Source: a virus
Taxonomy: Duplodnaviria; Caudoviricetes
IMG/VR virus record: IMGVR_UViG_3300032295_004123
Coordinates: 1 to 58,998 of that record
DNA: 58,998 nt
Direction: 5' to 3' (one strand)
Position numbers and translations under genes: made by a program. Below the pieces are notes generated by a model. The model ran no database searches and was not told the origin of the DNA. It worked only from the letters and a program-made list of their open reading frames with translations. This document shows positions 57,311 through 58,998 of the stretch, piece after piece (position 1 is the first letter of the stretch; each line of letters starts with the position of its first letter).

Positions 57311-57475
57311 ATGTACAAAATAGTTTACAATCGCTACAATATGGATAGCAGCAGTCGCCCTGGTTATTGGGAAGAATTGACTCGTGAATTTCCAGATTTA
57401 AGAGAAGCAACTCGATTTGCTCGAAATATAAATCAATGGGTGATAGTAAGAAATATCAGATTATTTAAGATGTAA
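57311..57475 (+). CDS. 54-aa hypothetical protein (not in the ORF track)
   Basis: aaaattaaggtt leader; MYKIVYNRY... Confidence 0.5.
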   Translation: MYKIVYNRYNMDSSSRPGYWEELTREFPDLREATRFARNINQWVIVRNIRLFKM

Positions 57476-57496
57476 CTTTTCTTAATATTTATAGGT

Positions 57497-57835
57497 ATGA
57501 AATTGATTGACCTGTTAAATGAGATTAGGATTCAAGCACCTAGTGAACTATTATTTCTTATAGAAAATAATTTAGAATATATTAAAAAAAAATTCTTTAT
57601 AAAAACAATAGAAAGTATAGAGTTAATTGGGACTAATCCACAAGAAGTAAAAATGAATGCTACTATTGATGATGGTGATGATCCTGAAGTGGGTGACGAA
57701 TTAAAACTGAGTATTATTTTTAGGTTTTTAGAGGATGCAGAAAACGATGAAAATTTTGTTAGTGACTATGGGTTAGGTTATATAGTCCGTACATTAGATG
57801 GTATTAGGGTAGCAGCAATTGAACTTGAGTATTGA
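57497..57835 (+). CDS. Late protein with MKLIDLLNEIR N-terminus
   Basis: AATATTTATA at 57484; acidic body. Confidence 0.6.
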   Translation: MKLIDLLNEIRIQAPSELLFLIENNLEYIKKKFFIKTIESIELIGTNPQEVKMNATIDDGDDPEVGDELKLSIIFRFLEDAENDENFVSDYGLGYIVRTLDGIRVAAIELEY

Positions 57836-57841
57836 ATAAGG

Positions 57842-58998
57842 ATGAAATTAACAGATATATTAAAAGAAATTAAGATTGAACCTGCAACACCATTCAAAGT
57901 TGACCCAGATAAGGTTTTACAAATGTTTCTTGACCAAATGGTTCATTGGAATCCTCGTGAAAATACACCAGGATTTAAACTTATAGGTTATAAAGATTAT
58001 GATAGGGATGATGAAAAGTATTTGCTTTATTTTTTCAATTTTGGAAATGAAAATCAAATAGTTAAAATAATTTTAAAGCAAGATCCTGCAACAGGTGTGT
58101 ATGAATACTACGCCGAAGACTTCATAACCTCATATGACTTTGAAAACAGGAAAGATATAACTAAAATTAACGAAATTAAGGTCAAACCTGCATCAGGATT
58201 TAAAGTTGATCCCGATGAAGTAATAGAACAACTCGAAACATTAAAGCATCTCCTGGACCCATCATTATTCAGAACATATCCGAATAGGCCTGCTGAATTA
58301 AAAATTGTAGGTTATGAAGAAAGAGAAAGATCTGAAGAATACCCTCTGGCTATTTACTATGTATCTAATTCTCAACGCCCAGATGGAATTGAGAGATTAA
58401 CTTATCGTAAATACCGTGAATCAACCCCATACGAATTTATAAAACTCACTACAATTCCTAGGAATCAATTTGATTCTGATGAAGGTATAATAAGAATTGA
58501 TGAGATTAAGGTTAAACCAGCATTTAACTTAGTTCCACCTGATGAGGTATTAGACATATATTTTAAGGATGATTCAGCCTGGTATTCTGAACGAATTAAA
58601 GATAGCTCCAATTTAAAACTAATAGGGTACAAGGCAAATTTAGCCAAAAAACACCCAGACGATATTAATAATTTAATTTATTTCTTTGCTGTAACTTCTC
58701 CCGAGATACCAGGTTTTGAAGATTCAATTCTAAGAATCGTCTTAATGGAATATCCTGAAGGCTCTGGTATTTACCAATTTGATTCAGATAATAAGATAAG
58801 TTTAGATGCTTTTAATGAAAGGACTGATATAACTAAATTAAATGAAATAAAGATATCAGCACCTCCTACTCCACCAATTGACCCGGATGAAGTATTACAA
58901 TATTATATAAATGCTTTAAAAGATCATTTAGCATCTAACACTGACGGTAGTAAGAAATGGAGATTGAAGAAAAGACCTCAACTCTTCAACCCTGAAAA
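57842..58998 (+). CDS. Partial (3'-truncated) tandem-repeat protein with at least 4 units of about 102-114 aa (not in the ORF track)
   Basis: Hand translation is open to the window end; units begin LKEIKIEP, INEIKVKP, IDEIKVKP, LNEIKISAP, followed by (D/P)PD(E/K)V and later K(L/I)(I/V)GY. Confidence 0.85.
   Translation, partial: MKLTDILKEIKIEPATPFKVDPDKVLQMFLDQMVHWNPRENTPGFKLIGYKDYDRDDEKYLLYFFNFGNENQIVKIILKQDPATGVYEYYAEDFITSYDFENRKDITKINEIKVKPASGFKVDPDEVIEQLETLKHLLDPSLFRTYPNRPAELKIVGYEERERSEEYPLAIYYVSNSQRPDGIERLTYRKYRESTPYEFIKLTTIPRNQFDSDEGIIRIDEIKVKPAFNLVPPDEVLDIYFKDDSAWYSERIKDSSNLKLIGYKANLAKKHPDDINNLIYFFAVTSPEIPGFEDSILRIVLMEYPEGSGIYQFDSDNKISLDAFNERTDITKLNEIKISAPPTPPIDPDEVLQYYINALKDHLASNTDGSKKWRLKKRPQLFNPE

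Noticed and set aside
1081-58647. Minus-strand and nested alternative-frame ORFs in the track (e.g. 1081-1365, 8075-8413, 23055-23321, 31242-31571, 56092-56421, 58465-58647)
   Set aside because: They overlap well-supported + strand genes and show no recognisable motifs; treated as shadow ORFs
1-58998. Alternative genetic code (TAG or TGA recoding)
   Set aside because: Conserved genes are intact under code 11, coding density is high, and TAG, TGA and TAA all end genes at sensible positions
43800-58998. tRNA or tmRNA genes in the small-gene region
   Set aside because: No cloverleaf with a GTTCRA T-loop was recognised by eye; tRNAscan-SE or ARAGORN would be needed to exclude them fully

Overview
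An AT-rich 59-kb fragment of a large lytic dsDNA phage with T4-like replication genes. The host is inferred to be a Bacteroidota bacterium, from a T9SS sorting domain, Q-rule signal peptides, TTTG/TAnnTTTN promoters and leaders lacking Shine-Dalgarno sites. Nearly all credible genes are on the + strand. In order: (1) a secreted or envelope module (cohesin-T9SS protein, CsgG-like lipoprotein, putative beta-barrel, GEVED-dockerin protein); (2) a lysis cassette; (3) 7-deazaguanine and nucleotide genes (TGT/DpdA-like, queC, queD, queE, folE, thyA, hpt, MazG-like) with an HNH gene; (4) a split family B DNA polymerase with an Smr gene between its halves, then clamp, GroES/GroEL and clamp loader; (5) an ~18-kb glycosylation and NDP-sugar island; (6) small early genes, including an ArfA-like ORF with a terminator inside its coding sequence and an array of small genes joined by a 25-nt direct repeat that supplies both stop and start codons; (7) late genes sharing an (L/I)xEI(K/R) motif, ending in a tandem-repeat protein that runs off the window. 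No tRNA, rRNA or CRISPR array was recognised. All functional calls rest on motifs read by eye; no database search was run.
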